Assembly (NCBI GenBank): GCA_017610205.1
Contig: JAFCCL010000001.1
Location: 172,327 to 236,326 of the forward strand
Source of the DNA: Candidatus Iainarchaeum sp.
GTDB lineage: Archaea; Iainarchaeota; Iainarchaeia; Iainarchaeales; GCA-2688035
DNA: 64,000 bases
Direction: 5' to 3'
Shown: positions 1 to 9,476 of the stretch, piece after piece
Numbering within the stretch: the stretch's first letter is position 1
Layout: each line of letters starts with the position of its first letter
The notes under the pieces: generated by a model
Told to the model about the DNA's origin: nothing
Database searches by the model: none
Seen by the model: only the letters and a program-made list of their open reading frames with translations
Program-made: the position numbers and the translations under genes

Positions 1-468
1 GTCAAGGATTAAAAGTGTTGGATGATGAATAAGGGTTACGCACAATTGCACAAGCTGCCTTTGCCCCTTGCTTAATTTACTAACCTTTACATTTGCCTTT
101 TTAATTAAACCAACTCGATTGAGAAGTGCTAGTCCCTCCATATTTGCCTCTTTTACGGCTGAACCCTTAAGCGTTGCAAGATAGCAAAGGTTATCCATTA
201 CACTTAAATTGTCATAAAGGCCTCTTTCTTCAGGAAGATATCCAAGTATTTCCTTTGTTTTTTCACTAAACAATTTTCCAAAAATAGTTATTGTTCCCTT
301 ATCCGGTTTTATAAAATCCAAAAGCATCCTTATTATAGAACTTTTTCCAGCACCGTTTGGCCCAAGCAAGCCAAAAATTTTGCCTTCTGACACTTTGAAG
401 CTTACTCCATCCACTGCTTCAACTTGATTATACGATTTGAAAATATTATCAACAAAAATGCAATCCAT
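1..468 (-). CDS. ABC transporter ATP-binding protein (runs off window start)
   Basis: Manual translation from ATG 468: MDCIFVDNIFKSYNQVEAVDGVSFKV...GLLGPNGAGKSS (Walker A)...LSKGQRQ (signature)...LLILD (Walker B at the edge). Confidence 0.9.
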   Translation of the reverse strand, partial: MDCIFVDNIFKSYNQVEAVDGVSFKVSEGKIFGLLGPNGAGKSSIIRMLLDFIKPDKGTITIFGKLFSEKTKEILGYLPEERGLYDNLSVMDNLCYLATLKGSAVKEANMEGLALLNRVGLIKKANVKVSKLSKGQRQLVQLCVTLIHHPTLLILD

Positions 469-519
469 TTCAGGTAATTTAAAGAGTTAAACTTATTTAA
501 AAGCGCTTTGGTGACTGGC

Positions 520-1620
520 CTATTTTGCCTTAAGCTCATTTGCTGCCCTAATAAAAAAGCCAGCTGTCCAGGAAAAAGGCCTTTCGCTTTTCAAAAACAA
601 GCCGTTTACTGGTTTTCCTTTTTCGTTAAAAACCTCGTGGGCTATGCCGTTTTGATTTATTAAAAACGCAACATCCCTTAGTGCATGCTTTGCATCCTTT
701 TTCCACCCAACTTTCTGCAATGCAATTGCATTTAGGCAACCAAGCCAGGGCCAACTAAAACCATTATGATAATGGTATTCAAGCAACGGTAGCAAAGTTG
801 GAGGAATTCTCCACACAGGGTAAGTTGGGTAATTTGTTTTCAGAGGAATTTTGTTAAGCTGGTGCTGTTTTATTTTGTTTAAAATCATTTGACCCTGGGC
901 CTTGTCAGCTATTCCAAAATCTATTGCAAGCAAATTTCCGTCGCTTGAAAAAAAATCGTGCCTTCTAAAATCAATCCAGTCAATGTAGTAGTTTCCATCC
1001 CAAAACAATTGGTTTATTTTGTTCTTGGTTTTTTTTGCAAACCCTTCAAACTTTTTTTGCAGTTTTTCGTTTTTTTGCAGAGATGCAAGCCAGGAAAATT
1101 CCTTTAATGCCTTGTAAAAGCAGCAATTTGTGTAAAGGACGTTTCCAAATTTTAGCACGGTTTCAGCCCAGTTTGCAAAAACCCTTTCTTCAATTAAGGC
1201 ATTGTTGTCCCGGTCTTTGCTTAAAAGAAAATCAACTGCTTTTTTTGCCTTTGGAAACATTTTTGCAGCAAAGGCTTTGTCGTTTGTTTTCTTAACATAT
1301 TCTGAAAGTGAAATAACAAACAAAGCAGTTGAGTCAATTACAGACCCGACCAAAAGCCTGTACCTTGGCTTTAAATCAAGGCTTATTTGGTTGGGAATTA
1401 CTCCGTTCCTTTTCTGCAATGAGGCAAAGAGTTCAAGGTTTTGCTTTACCTGCTGTGTATCTCCTAATACAAGTGCTCCAACTGACGCAAAAAAACTGTG
1501 CCTTGCCCAATACTGGTTAAATCGCTTGCTTTTTCTTCCGGCAACAATTCCCCTGTTTGTATAACATCTCCTCAAATCATTTAAGGAAATCTCATAAGCA
1601 GACTTAACACCCGGATGCAT
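520..1620 (-). CDS. Amylo-alpha-1,6-glucosidase / glycogen-debranching-like (alpha/alpha)6 glycoside hydrolase
   Basis: YWARHSF, DSTALF, YHNGFSWPWLG and FSWTAG segments typical of this family. Confidence 0.7.
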   Translation of the reverse strand: MHPGVKSAYEISLNDLRRCYTNRGIVAGRKSKRFNQYWARHSFFASVGALVLGDTQQVKQNLELFASLQKRNGVIPNQISLDLKPRYRLLVGSVIDSTALFVISLSEYVKKTNDKAFAAKMFPKAKKAVDFLLSKDRDNNALIEERVFANWAETVLKFGNVLYTNCCFYKALKEFSWLASLQKNEKLQKKFEGFAKKTKNKINQLFWDGNYYIDWIDFRRHDFFSSDGNLLAIDFGIADKAQGQMILNKIKQHQLNKIPLKTNYPTYPVWRIPPTLLPLLEYHYHNGFSWPWLGCLNAIALQKVGWKKDAKHALRDVAFLINQNGIAHEVFNEKGKPVNGLFLKSERPFSWTAGFFIRAANELKAK

Positions 1621-1695
1621 TTACTCCTACCTTAAATAATAAGGCATTCCAGGAATATTAAGTTATTGGTTTTTTTGCTTCCTTAAACAGGAAAT

Positions 1696-2139
1696 TTACA
1701 GGTTTTGCGCTTCTACTATCAATTTTCTTAATTTCTCTGCCAGTTTCCGCATTTTTGGATGGCTTAAGGCATGCCCTTTAACAGACAAAATTTGCATCTC
1801 AACTTTTGCCAGATTTTGGTCCAGCCCATTTAAAGTGCCAGCTTCTTCCCTTGAAAAATTTTCCTGTTTGGTTCTTCCCTTGCACAATTTAATTCTTTTA
1901 TTTTTTAGGTCCTTTTTTCTTGACGGCAACATAACCAAAAGCTCTTTTTTAGCAGATGCCCTCAAAGCAGGGGTTCCAGAACGCATTGTTTCAAAAAGCC
2001 GAGGAATTCTTTCAGACGGTTCTACTCGTTGGTCTCTAACCTTTGAACCTATTTTAGGTGGACACGAAAACCTTCTGACACGCGTTGAACTAGGTCCCCT
2101 TCCTCTTGCCTGTCGGTTTGAGCCCTTGTATTTGGTCAT
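1696..2139 (-). CDS. Hypothetical basic protein
   Basis: 147-aa ORF fills the intergenic gap; K/R-rich N-terminus. Confidence 0.6.
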   Translation of the reverse strand: MTKYKGSNRQARGRGPSSTRVRRFSCPPKIGSKVRDQRVEPSERIPRLFETMRSGTPALRASAKKELLVMLPSRKKDLKNKRIKLCKGRTKQENFSREEAGTLNGLDQNLAKVEMQILSVKGHALSHPKMRKLAEKLRKLIVEAQNL

Positions 2140-2202
2140 AACTTGTAATAAATTAGAGCCTTTAAAGAATTTAAATATTATGCCTTTGACTCTGCAATTG
2201 AA

Positions 2203-2846
2203 TTAATTTTTCACACTATTGTTTTGGCTTTTTTCAAAGAATTCCAATAGTATTTGACCTGCCTCTTTAAGGTTTTTTCCAAAAGATATTACACCTTCTT
2301 CATGCCCTGGCATTACAAGTATTTTCTTCTTTTTAACATCTGTTTCCTTAAACAATCTGATTACTTCTTCTGCCATTTCAGGCGTGCCATATTTTGCATC
2401 TTTTTTGCAGTTGGCACTTTTTCCAGTAGCCTTTTCCAAAAATCAAGGTTGTGAACATGAATTACTCCATTAATACTTTTATCAGCTTGATAAATTACCG
2501 CATGAGTCATTGACTCTGAAGAAGCCTTAATTGGTCCTTTACATTCAACATAGTTTTTTTCAATATCGTAATCTGTTACAACCGTATAATGTTCAACACC
2601 TAATAAAGCAATCCCTCCTGTTGCCGTGCCAGAAATAATAAATTGGTTTTTTTTAGGACCTCTTACACTAATATTTCCAAAACCAATTCCATTTTCAAAA
2701 ACTCCTATCAGTCCACGCTGGAACATTTTGTCACGCCAAGAATTAATTTCAATTAAATCACTTTCAGAAACAGGTTCTGCTTTAATCCAGTCACAATTAA
2801 ACGTTACATAGCCTTCTTCAGTTATCAGATTCACTTTTTCATTCAT
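2203..2846 (-). pseudogene. Class II aldolase/adducin-family protein, frameshifted
   Basis: GNISVR, SSESMTH, IHVH in 2361-2846 continue as YGTPEMA...GHEEG in 2203-2439; the shift lies at the A6 run near 2401-2406 (may be a sequencing error). Confidence 0.75.
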
Positions 2847-2918
2847 TTCAATAAAAATTTATTGCGAAAATCTTAAAAGCTAAAACTTTTGCATAAATTT
2901 TTTCTTGAAAGTGGATTT

Positions 2919-3251
2919 TTATTCTCTAATTATTGAGCAGACTTTTTCAGCCACTTGCTTTGTTTTTGCTTCTTTCAGCGAACCAATTTTGTAGTCAATG
3001 ATTGAATTGTCTGAAGTAAAAATCTTGTTTGGCCTAATGTTGCTGTCTTGTTTTAATGTCCCTTTCTTGAATTCTTTTCCAAGAAGAGGGATAGAGTATC
3101 TGTCACTTGTGCCCTTGCTTGTAATCTGGCAAAGAATTAAATCTTCTCCCCGCAATTTTGTTAAAACCATCGCAGGCCTTCTCTTTGCTTTGCTCAAATC
3201 AGAGAAAGGAAAAGGAATTACTACAATGTCACCCTTTACAAATTTTTCTAT
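2919..3251 (-). CDS. mazF: PemK/MazF-family toxin; native start codon appears mutated ATG>ATA
   Basis: Frame reads (ATA)EKFVKGDIVVIPFPFSDLSKAKRRPAMVL...CQITS, a MazF/PemK pattern. Confidence 0.8.
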   Translation of the reverse strand: MEKFVKGDIVVIPFPFSDLSKAKRRPAMVLTKLRGEDLILCQITSKGTSDRYSIPLLGKEFKKGTLKQDSNIRPNKIFTSDNSIIDYKIGSLKEAKTKQVAEKVCSIIRE

Positions 3252-3481
3252 GCTTCTTCCTCTTCCTTTGAAAGCCAGTCTTTTGCCAACGATTTTTCGG
3301 AAGCAAGCATTGTAGAAAACTCTTCCTCAAGCAATTGGTCAACCTTGGTTAAAATTATTTTTCCACTCTTTTCAACTAACAGCAATTTGCTTCCCTGTTC
3401 AATAGCCATTTCTTCCCTTGTTTTCTTTGGCAAAACAACCTGTCCCTTCTTGCTTACAGTTATTATTTCCACTTGTGTCAT
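3248..3481 (-). CDS. AbrB/MazE-family antitoxin
   Basis: VSKKGQVVLPKKTRE AbrB motif; directly upstream of and overlapping mazF. Confidence 0.85.
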   Translation of the reverse strand: MTQVEIITVSKKGQVVLPKKTREEMAIEQGSKLLLVEKSGKIILTKVDQLLEEEFSTMLASEKSLAKDWLSKEEEEA

Positions 3482-3504
3482 ACTACTATTACCCCAACAA
3501 ACAA

Positions 3505-3536
3505 TTTATAAATGTAAGTCCAAACTTACTTGTAAG
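3505..3536 (-). promoter_or_regulatory. TATA box plus overlapping inverted repeats (likely TA autoregulatory operator)
   Basis: TTTATAAA at 3505-3512; GTAAGT-ccaa-ACTTAC (3514-3529) and CTTAC-tt-GTAAG (3525-3536) upstream of the antitoxin. Confidence 0.5.
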
Positions 3537-3608
3537 CCTCCTTCTTATTCTTAGAATATATTCTCTGAAATTTTTCTCCTTATATTTTATACAATTTTTG
3601 ACTTTTTT

Positions 3609-4907
3609 TTATACTCTCCCTTCAAGTAACTTATTAAGTTTTGGAAAAATTTCTTTTCTGAATTGCTGGTATGAAAGGCGACTATTTTTTAGTACCAATT
3701 TTCTTATCCTCTCTTGTATAATATCACTAGTTATTGTTGGAAGAACATCCTCTAGCCAATACTCTATTTCCTCCTTCATTTGGTTTTTAGCAAAATTTTT
3801 TCCAGCAGCAGCTCTTTGTTTTCTTGTACGTTGTTTGATTTTTGGTAGCTTACCGCCCCTTTCTTCAAATCGCTTCCTAGCTATGACCGCATCGGCTTTA
3901 GGAACATAGGTGTTTTGTCCAATTCTAGTTCTAGGCACTTGTCTTCTATACAAATAAGAAACTGTTACCCCAAGTTCTTTTGCTAATTGAGAAAATGGAA
4001 TAAGCTCACCTTTTTTTAGTAAGTCTGGAACTTTTTTTCTGAGTCTTGCTTCCTTAAGCATTAAATTTGCAAATTCTTGTGGGTAAATCCACTGGTGCTT
4101 GCGATTAACAATGTCTCTTGCAAGGCCTTTAATTGGCGGATTATAACTATACCACTTGCCTTCAATTCTATTTCTGCCTTGTTTTTTTGCTAATTCTTCG
4201 TTATGCCACATATAATCTATTTTTTTCCGAATCTGTATTGCTGTTATCTTCAAACCCTGTTTTTTGGCAAGACTCATTAAGTCCTTCGCAGTAAAGTAAC
4301 CTCTGGGTGTAATAAGTGTTGCGCTGGAATCAGCAATAATTCTATGCAATTTTTCCTCAGGGAACAGCCATCCTTTTGGTCTATTTGGGTTTCTTTCTTT
4401 ATCACGTATTTGTTCCAGTTTCCCTCGGTTAATTAAGTAACCTTTTTCCTTTGCTCTTTCAATGAGTTGGCTGGTACTTAAATAACCTGTTTCAGCTGAA
4501 CTCCTTGTTTTAACCACTGGGGCTGTTGGCTTTACCCTTTTTGCACTTTTAGCAGTTGCTTTCAGTCTCTCAATTCTTGCTTCCCTTTTTTCCAATGCTT
4601 TAAACGCAATTAAATCCCGGCCTTTAAGTGATAATTTTGCTTTGCCGCCTAACAGTTCCATTTTAGCTGCTTTAATTGCCCTTTTTTCACCAGCTACTAA
4701 TCTAAATAATGTATTTCTAGCAGTATTTTTTAAAGCAACTTGTTCTGGACCAGCTTCCGAAATAGTTTTCAAAAGCCTGGGCGCTCTTACAAAAAAGGAT
4801 TCTTCTTTATCACGAATATTTCTCTGAATATTATCACCCATGACAAACCAGCCCTTAGGCCTTAGGTCTATATCGTGTCTAGTACTCCTCCTTTTTTTTG
4901 TAGCCAT
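3609..4907 (-). CDS. Large basic hypothetical protein with HTH-like segments
   Basis: 432 aa; MATKKRRSTR start; LIPFSQLAKELGVTVSYLYRR resembles an HTH. Confidence 0.65.
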   Translation of the reverse strand: MATKKRRSTRHDIDLRPKGWFVMGDNIQRNIRDKEESFFVRAPRLLKTISEAGPEQVALKNTARNTLFRLVAGEKRAIKAAKMELLGGKAKLSLKGRDLIAFKALEKREARIERLKATAKSAKRVKPTAPVVKTRSSAETGYLSTSQLIERAKEKGYLINRGKLEQIRDKERNPNRPKGWLFPEEKLHRIIADSSATLITPRGYFTAKDLMSLAKKQGLKITAIQIRKKIDYMWHNEELAKKQGRNRIEGKWYSYNPPIKGLARDIVNRKHQWIYPQEFANLMLKEARLRKKVPDLLKKGELIPFSQLAKELGVTVSYLYRRQVPRTRIGQNTYVPKADAVIARKRFEERGGKLPKIKQRTRKQRAAAGKNFAKNQMKEEIEYWLEDVLPTITSDIIQERIRKLVLKNSRLSYQQFRKEIFPKLNKLLEGRV

Positions 4908-5088
4908 AATAAAAATAAGCTCTTTGGGGAATTTAATTGTTTTCTTTTTTTAAGTGTTAATAAAATTATTAGTTAAATTACATTTTTTTCCAAGAGTTTA
5001 TCCTAATTGTTGAATTAGTTTGGGGGTTGTTACACTTATGTTATTATTCCTGTCATTCCCACTCAATTGTTCCTGGTTGGTTTTCAAC

Positions 5089-6027
5089 TTAAATATACTC
5101 AATTGTTGCAGGGGGCTTTCCTGTTATCTCGTACAAGACACGCGTAACAGAGGGGATCTCAGCAACGATTCTTTCAGAAATCTTTTTCAAAACAGGCATT
5201 GGAACATCTGTTGCCGTTCCTTCCATTGCATCTTTGGAGTCAATAACCCTTACTGCAATTATGTTGCCAAAATTCCTGTTTCCTTCTTTGTCAATCCCTG
5301 TCCCCCTGTCCTCAAACAGGACGGCAAATGCCTGAAATGGCTTAAGTCTGGCATTTTTTATTTCTTCTTCTACAACAATGTGTGCTTTTCTTAAAATGTC
5401 TGCCTTTTCAGGGGTTACCTCTCCAATGCACCTTGCCATAAGGCCTGGTCCGGGAAACGGCATTCTTTCGCTTATTTCTTCCGGCAATCCCAGAGCCCTT
5501 CCAACTTCTCTTACGCCTGGCTTAAACAGCTCAGCGACAGGTTCAAGGATTGTAAGCTTGTACTTGCCTGGATCCAGTCCAACCTGTTCCAGTGGATTGT
5601 GGTGTGTTTTTACCCCTTTATTGGTTTCAAGGATGTCAGGCTTTATTGTTCCCTGAATCATAAACTTTGCATTGCTTTCCTTTACTGCGTCCCTCAAAGT
5701 CTTAAAAAAAGTGTCTCTAAATGCCTTTCTTTTTTCTTCAGGGTCAGTCAAACCCTTTAATGCATCAAAAAATTCTTTTCTAACATCCCTTATCTTTAAA
5801 TCAATTTCAACCTTTGCAAAAATTTCCTTAAGATCTGGGCCTTCATTTTCCCTCATTACACCTGTGTCCAAAAAAACACATTCAAGCCTGTTTCCAATAG
5901 CCTTGTAGCCAAGCATGGCACAAACACTTGAGTCAACCCCACCGCTTAATGCAACAATTGCCTTTTCTTCCCCGATTGCTTCCTTTAGCTTTTTTGTTTC
6001 TTCTTCAATAAATGTATTGGCATCCAT
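5089..6027 (-). CDS. guaAB: GMP synthase (glutamine-hydrolysing) subunit B
   Basis: ALSGGVDSSV PP-loop, DPEEKRK, QGTIKPD, PFPGPGL, KPPATIEY. Confidence 0.95.
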   Translation of the reverse strand: MDANTFIEEETKKLKEAIGEEKAIVALSGGVDSSVCAMLGYKAIGNRLECVFLDTGVMRENEGPDLKEIFAKVEIDLKIRDVRKEFFDALKGLTDPEEKRKAFRDTFFKTLRDAVKESNAKFMIQGTIKPDILETNKGVKTHHNPLEQVGLDPGKYKLTILEPVAELFKPGVREVGRALGLPEEISERMPFPGPGLMARCIGEVTPEKADILRKAHIVVEEEIKNARLKPFQAFAVLFEDRGTGIDKEGNRNFGNIIAVRVIDSKDAMEGTATDVPMPVLKKISERIVAEIPSVTRVLYEITGKPPATIEYI

Positions 6028-6265
6028 TTCAAACTACCCCCTAATGTAAATTTAAAAAAAAGAAAGAAATTCTTTTAAACTGCCCCAGTGCTATTTTATG
6101 TAGCAAATTTCGCGAAAGATATTTAATAAGAAAACAAGTATTTGAATACGTGTTGGGAGTTAAGGAGGCAAGCTAAACTGTTTAAACAGTTCCCTAGCTT
6201 GCTTTCCTTACACTTATTTTTTGGCAATTCAAAAGTATTTTAAACATCAAATGCAATATATTTTT

Positions 6266-6559
6266 ATGACTCCAGCAAAAGCTGTAAGGAATTTGGCAAA
6301 GCGTTACACCATTACTCACAAAAAAACGCAGGGTGACTTTAATGATGTACTCCAACGCGGTAGGTTGCAAAAACATAGGGTTGCAAAAGACGCGCAAGGC
6401 AAGGAATTTTTTCCTGACAGGCGCAGGATGAAACCATCAACTGCAGGTTCTCTTGGCAAAAGTAAGGAAATAACTGGTACAGCCAAGAAACTTTATGTTA
6501 ACCATGGTGTTGAAGCAAGGGGCCTTGGTGGCAGAGGTCGAAGAAGAAGCAAGCACTAA
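6266..6559 (+). CDS. Small basic hypothetical protein
   Basis: K/R-rich ORF ending GGRGRRRSKH; ATG 6266 follows an AT-rich promoter-like tract. Confidence 0.5.
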   Translation: MTPAKAVRNLAKRYTITHKKTQGDFNDVLQRGRLQKHRVAKDAQGKEFFPDRRRMKPSTAGSLGKSKEITGTAKKLYVNHGVEARGLGGRGRRRSKH

Positions 6560-6687
6560 AATAGTTAAAAAAACCGCTTGGAAATAGTTTAAATACATTC
6601 CATTCCAGCTAATCTTATAGAACATTTTTTTTCCTCGAAAAATAAAGCGGCAAAAAGCAAACGCTATCTTGTCGCAAAAAAAATTAT

Positions 6688-6771
6688 GCCAACGTGGCGG
6701 AGTGGTCAAACGCGCTCGCCTTGAGAGCGAGAGTCCGAGAGGGCACGCAGGTTCAAATCCTGTCGTTGGCG
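6688..6771 (+). tRNA. tRNA-Ser(TGA)
   Basis: GCCAACG/CGTTGGC acceptor stem, CTCGC-CTTGAGA-GCGAG anticodon arm, long variable arm, GGTTCAAATCC T-loop, no encoded CCA. Confidence 0.97.
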
Positions 6772-6839
6772 TCTTTCTCCAATTCAATCGCCCTTGCCCC
6801 CTGCATTTAAATGGGTTTCGGTTGAGGGAGATGAAAAGT

Positions 6840-8036
6840 ATGAGGGAATACATTCACCCCTACAAGAAAAACCTTGAAAGGGAAATTCAACGAATAAAGG
6901 AATCTGAGCTGCTTGGGGATAACAAGCAGTTGATTCTGAAATTCTATCAGCACAACATGGCTCAAGAGCACAGCCTTCCGAGAATGGAACGGCAAGCCTG
7001 TGTTCTAAGAAAGGTTGCCGAGTGGCAGAAAAAGGATTTCAGGCAGTTAACCAAAGAAGACTATGTGGCTTTCATTGCCTGGATGCGCGAAAAAGAATAC
7101 AAAGACGGAACCATCTGGACATACAAACAAATACTTATGGTCTTTCACAAATGGCTCAACAACGGAGTAAAGCCAGAGTGCATTGCATGGTTCAAGCTCA
7201 AAAAGCTGTTCAATAATACCTTGCCAGAGAACCTAATTACGCCGGAAGAAGCCAAAAGGCTGATTAAAGGAGCGGATAAAAAGCGTGACAAGGCATTGAT
7301 TGCCTCTCTTTGGGAAACAGGAGCGCGTATCGGTGAGCTTGGGTGCCTGAAAATAAGGGACGTTACCTTTGATGAATTTGGTGGAAGAGTTCTCCTAAAC
7401 GGCAAAACAGGTATGAGAAAAGTCAGAATTGTTCACAGCGCACCATACATTTTGGACTGGCTTAACGAACACCCTTTTAGCAAGGACGTTGATGCCCCAC
7501 TTTGGATTTGCTTTGGGCAAAAGACCTGTGAAAGGGTTTGCTACAACACAATAGTCAAAGTGCTTTTGATGGCAAAGGCAAGAGCAGGAATAAGCAAGCC
7601 TGTCAACCCACATCATTTCAGGCACAGCAGGGCAACATACATGGCTCAGCATCTAACAGAAGCCCAGATGAAAGAATACTTTGGATGGGGGCAGGATAGT
7701 AGAATGGCTGCACGATATGTTCACCTTTCAGGCAAGCAGGTTGACGACGCAGTTCTGAGAATGTGCGGCCTGAAGAAAAGAGAGGAAGAAAAGGATATCC
7801 TAAAGCGCGAACCTTGTCCCAGATGCAAATTCCTGAACGAAATTAACTCAGATTACTGCCAAAAATGCTGGATTCCTCTAAGTCCACAAGCTACAAATGA
7901 AATTCAGGAAACAGAAGACAAAAGCCAAGAAAGCGTAATCAGCCTAATGAAATTGCTTGAATTAGTTGGAAACAACCCGGGAAAAGTGCGGCAGGCACTC
8001 ACAATCCTGCAACAAGACACTACAAGGAGGTTTTAG
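6840..8036 (+). CDS. int: Tyrosine recombinase/integrase with C-terminal zinc ribbon
   Basis: ETGARIGE, GKTG, HHFRH, FGW, ARYVH catalytic motifs; CPRC...CQKC; start may be 6831 or 6840. Confidence 0.95.
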   Translation: MREYIHPYKKNLEREIQRIKESELLGDNKQLILKFYQHNMAQEHSLPRMERQACVLRKVAEWQKKDFRQLTKEDYVAFIAWMREKEYKDGTIWTYKQILMVFHKWLNNGVKPECIAWFKLKKLFNNTLPENLITPEEAKRLIKGADKKRDKALIASLWETGARIGELGCLKIRDVTFDEFGGRVLLNGKTGMRKVRIVHSAPYILDWLNEHPFSKDVDAPLWICFGQKTCERVCYNTIVKVLLMAKARAGISKPVNPHHFRHSRATYMAQHLTEAQMKEYFGWGQDSRMAARYVHLSGKQVDDAVLRMCGLKKREEEKDILKREPCPRCKFLNEINSDYCQKCWIPLSPQATNEIQETEDKSQESVISLMKLLELVGNNPGKVRQALTILQQDTTRRF

Positions 8037-8037
8037 A

Positions 8038-8163
8038 ATGGGAATGGGAACATTTTTACAGCAAAATAAGACAAAAAACCAATTGGTAGAAACAAACAGA
8101 TTATTGAAAGAGCAAAACCAATTGCTAAAAGAAATCAAGGAATTACTGGAAAGAAGACAATAG
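8038..8163 (+). CDS. Small coiled-coil protein (41 aa)
   Basis: AGGAGG RBS, ATG right after the integrase stop; NRLLKEQNQLLKEIKELL heptads. Confidence 0.5.
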   Translation: MGMGTFLQQNKTKNQLVETNRLLKEQNQLLKEIKELLERRQ

Positions 8164-8235
8164 AATTTTAATAGGGTTTTTGAGTATTCAACTAGTAGGC
8201 ACACTGTGGCGAATATGGTTAGAGGTAATGAGGCA

Positions 8236-8946
8236 ATGGAAAGCAAGCAAAAACCCGACAAAGCAGAACATAATGATGGTCTTTGTATAGACTGGTCTAA
8301 ATGCAAGTATAAGTCTGTGAGGAGTTGCTCACTTTCGTTTTATGCAAGAAATTTAGAGATTAAACTAAGCGAAAATCATTTTTTGTCTTTTAGCGAAGAA
8401 CTAAAAAAATTTTATCAGAGTTATTTAGAAGAAATGAAAAAGTCAATCAAGCAGTGTTGTAAAAATGACAAGCCGCCTTCACCCGGTGACCGAAAGAAAA
8501 ATACTCAAATATTTACCAAGGCCCTGATAGGTCTAATATCGGATGTTATTGACGTTCCAAAAGACGAGATAATATCAGAAAAGCGCGTAACATTTATGGA
8601 TAAGAGAAAACTAGAGAAACCAATAGACCTCTACATACCTAAAATAAATACTTTTATTGAAATAAAATATGTCTTAGACTTCAATCATGTTGGTTCGGCT
8701 CTATTTGAAGCAATTCTCTGCAAAAAGTTGAAAAATATAAGGTTCCTAGTAGTCGGATGGTATGATTCCGCGCAAGAAAGAAAAGATTGCTTTGCTTATA
8801 ACGAAATACTAGATAACGAAAAACTACCGGAGCTAAAGAACTACATAGACGGAATATTTGCACTAAACCCGAAATATGGAACAAAGCAAGCTGAAAAGTT
8901 TGTATCCAAACTAAAGGAGTATGCCAAGGGCCAAGCAGTTGTCTAA
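8236..8946 (+). CDS. Putative PD-(D/E)xK restriction-endonuclease-like protein
   Basis: KPIDLYIPKINTFIEIKY motif. Confidence 0.55.
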   Translation: MESKQKPDKAEHNDGLCIDWSKCKYKSVRSCSLSFYARNLEIKLSENHFLSFSEELKKFYQSYLEEMKKSIKQCCKNDKPPSPGDRKKNTQIFTKALIGLISDVIDVPKDEIISEKRVTFMDKRKLEKPIDLYIPKINTFIEIKYVLDFNHVGSALFEAILCKKLKNIRFLVVGWYDSAQERKDCFAYNEILDNEKLPELKNYIDGIFALNPKYGTKQAEKFVSKLKEYAKGQAVV

Positions 8947-8948
8947 TC

Positions 8949-9203
8949 TTATAACTGAATTTTGTTCAACCTGACGATTGCTTCAATCAACCCTTGCTCC
9001 AGCTTATTCAATTTACCTTCAAGGTTTTCAATTCGCTCACTCAAATTGTAAAAGCTTCTCTGCGGTGAATTAGTGCTAAACCCTATCTTTGTCAAGTCCC
9101 TCATCCTTCCTTCCCTCCAAAATTTTTTCCAACTGCTGTAGCGCAAAAACAAAGGCTTTCCCGTGCACCTGTTCAAAGTGCCGCAAGTTTCGATAACGCA
9201 CAA
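8949..9203 (-). CDS. Small hypothetical protein (element backbone)
   Basis: Short ORF with coiled-coil C-terminus; start uncertain (9104 or 9203). Confidence 0.4.
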   Translation of the reverse strand: MCVIETCGTLNRCTGKPLFLRYSSWKKFWREGRMRDLTKIGFSTNSPQRSFYNLSERIENLEGKLNKLEQGLIEAIVRLNKIQL

Positions 9204-9376
9204 CTAACAGCACCCCCTTCTCCTTTCTTGCCCTTTTCTTTCAATTCCTTCCACTGCTTATATTTTTCAAGCAGATAACACAGTGGGGCAGCGTTGTCCT
9301 TTTTGAACTCCTCAAGCTTTGGAGCACACCCTACCTGCAAAATTGTCTGGATTCCATCCACAATCAACCACCTCAA
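9173..9376 (-). CDS. Small hypothetical protein (element backbone, possibly 5'-truncated)
   Basis: Overlaps the next small ORF on the same strand; internal GGGGGTG RBS-like sequence. Confidence 0.35.
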   Translation of the reverse strand: MRWLIVDGIQTILQVGCAPKLEEFKKDNAAPLCYLLEKYKQWKELKEKGKKGEGGAVSCALSKLAAL

Positions 9377-9476
9377 ACAGAAACCTGTTCCCAGCGTTTA
9401 AATAGGTTTTGTGAAAAAATTAAGCAGAAAGCATTGCAAGCTTTATTTAAAAATAGTTTCAAATAGGCTTATTCTT

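Noticed and set aside
520-1620. WARD-to-WARH change suggesting an inactive glycosidase
   Set aside because: Catalytic residues cannot be assigned without an alignment
6669-6839. N-terminal extension of the integrase ORF reading through tRNA-Ser (SSV-type split integrase?)
   Set aside because: RBS-like sequence and ATGs lie at 6831/6840, and the homologous remnant at 34149 begins at the equivalent point; no complementary int fragment was recognised at attR
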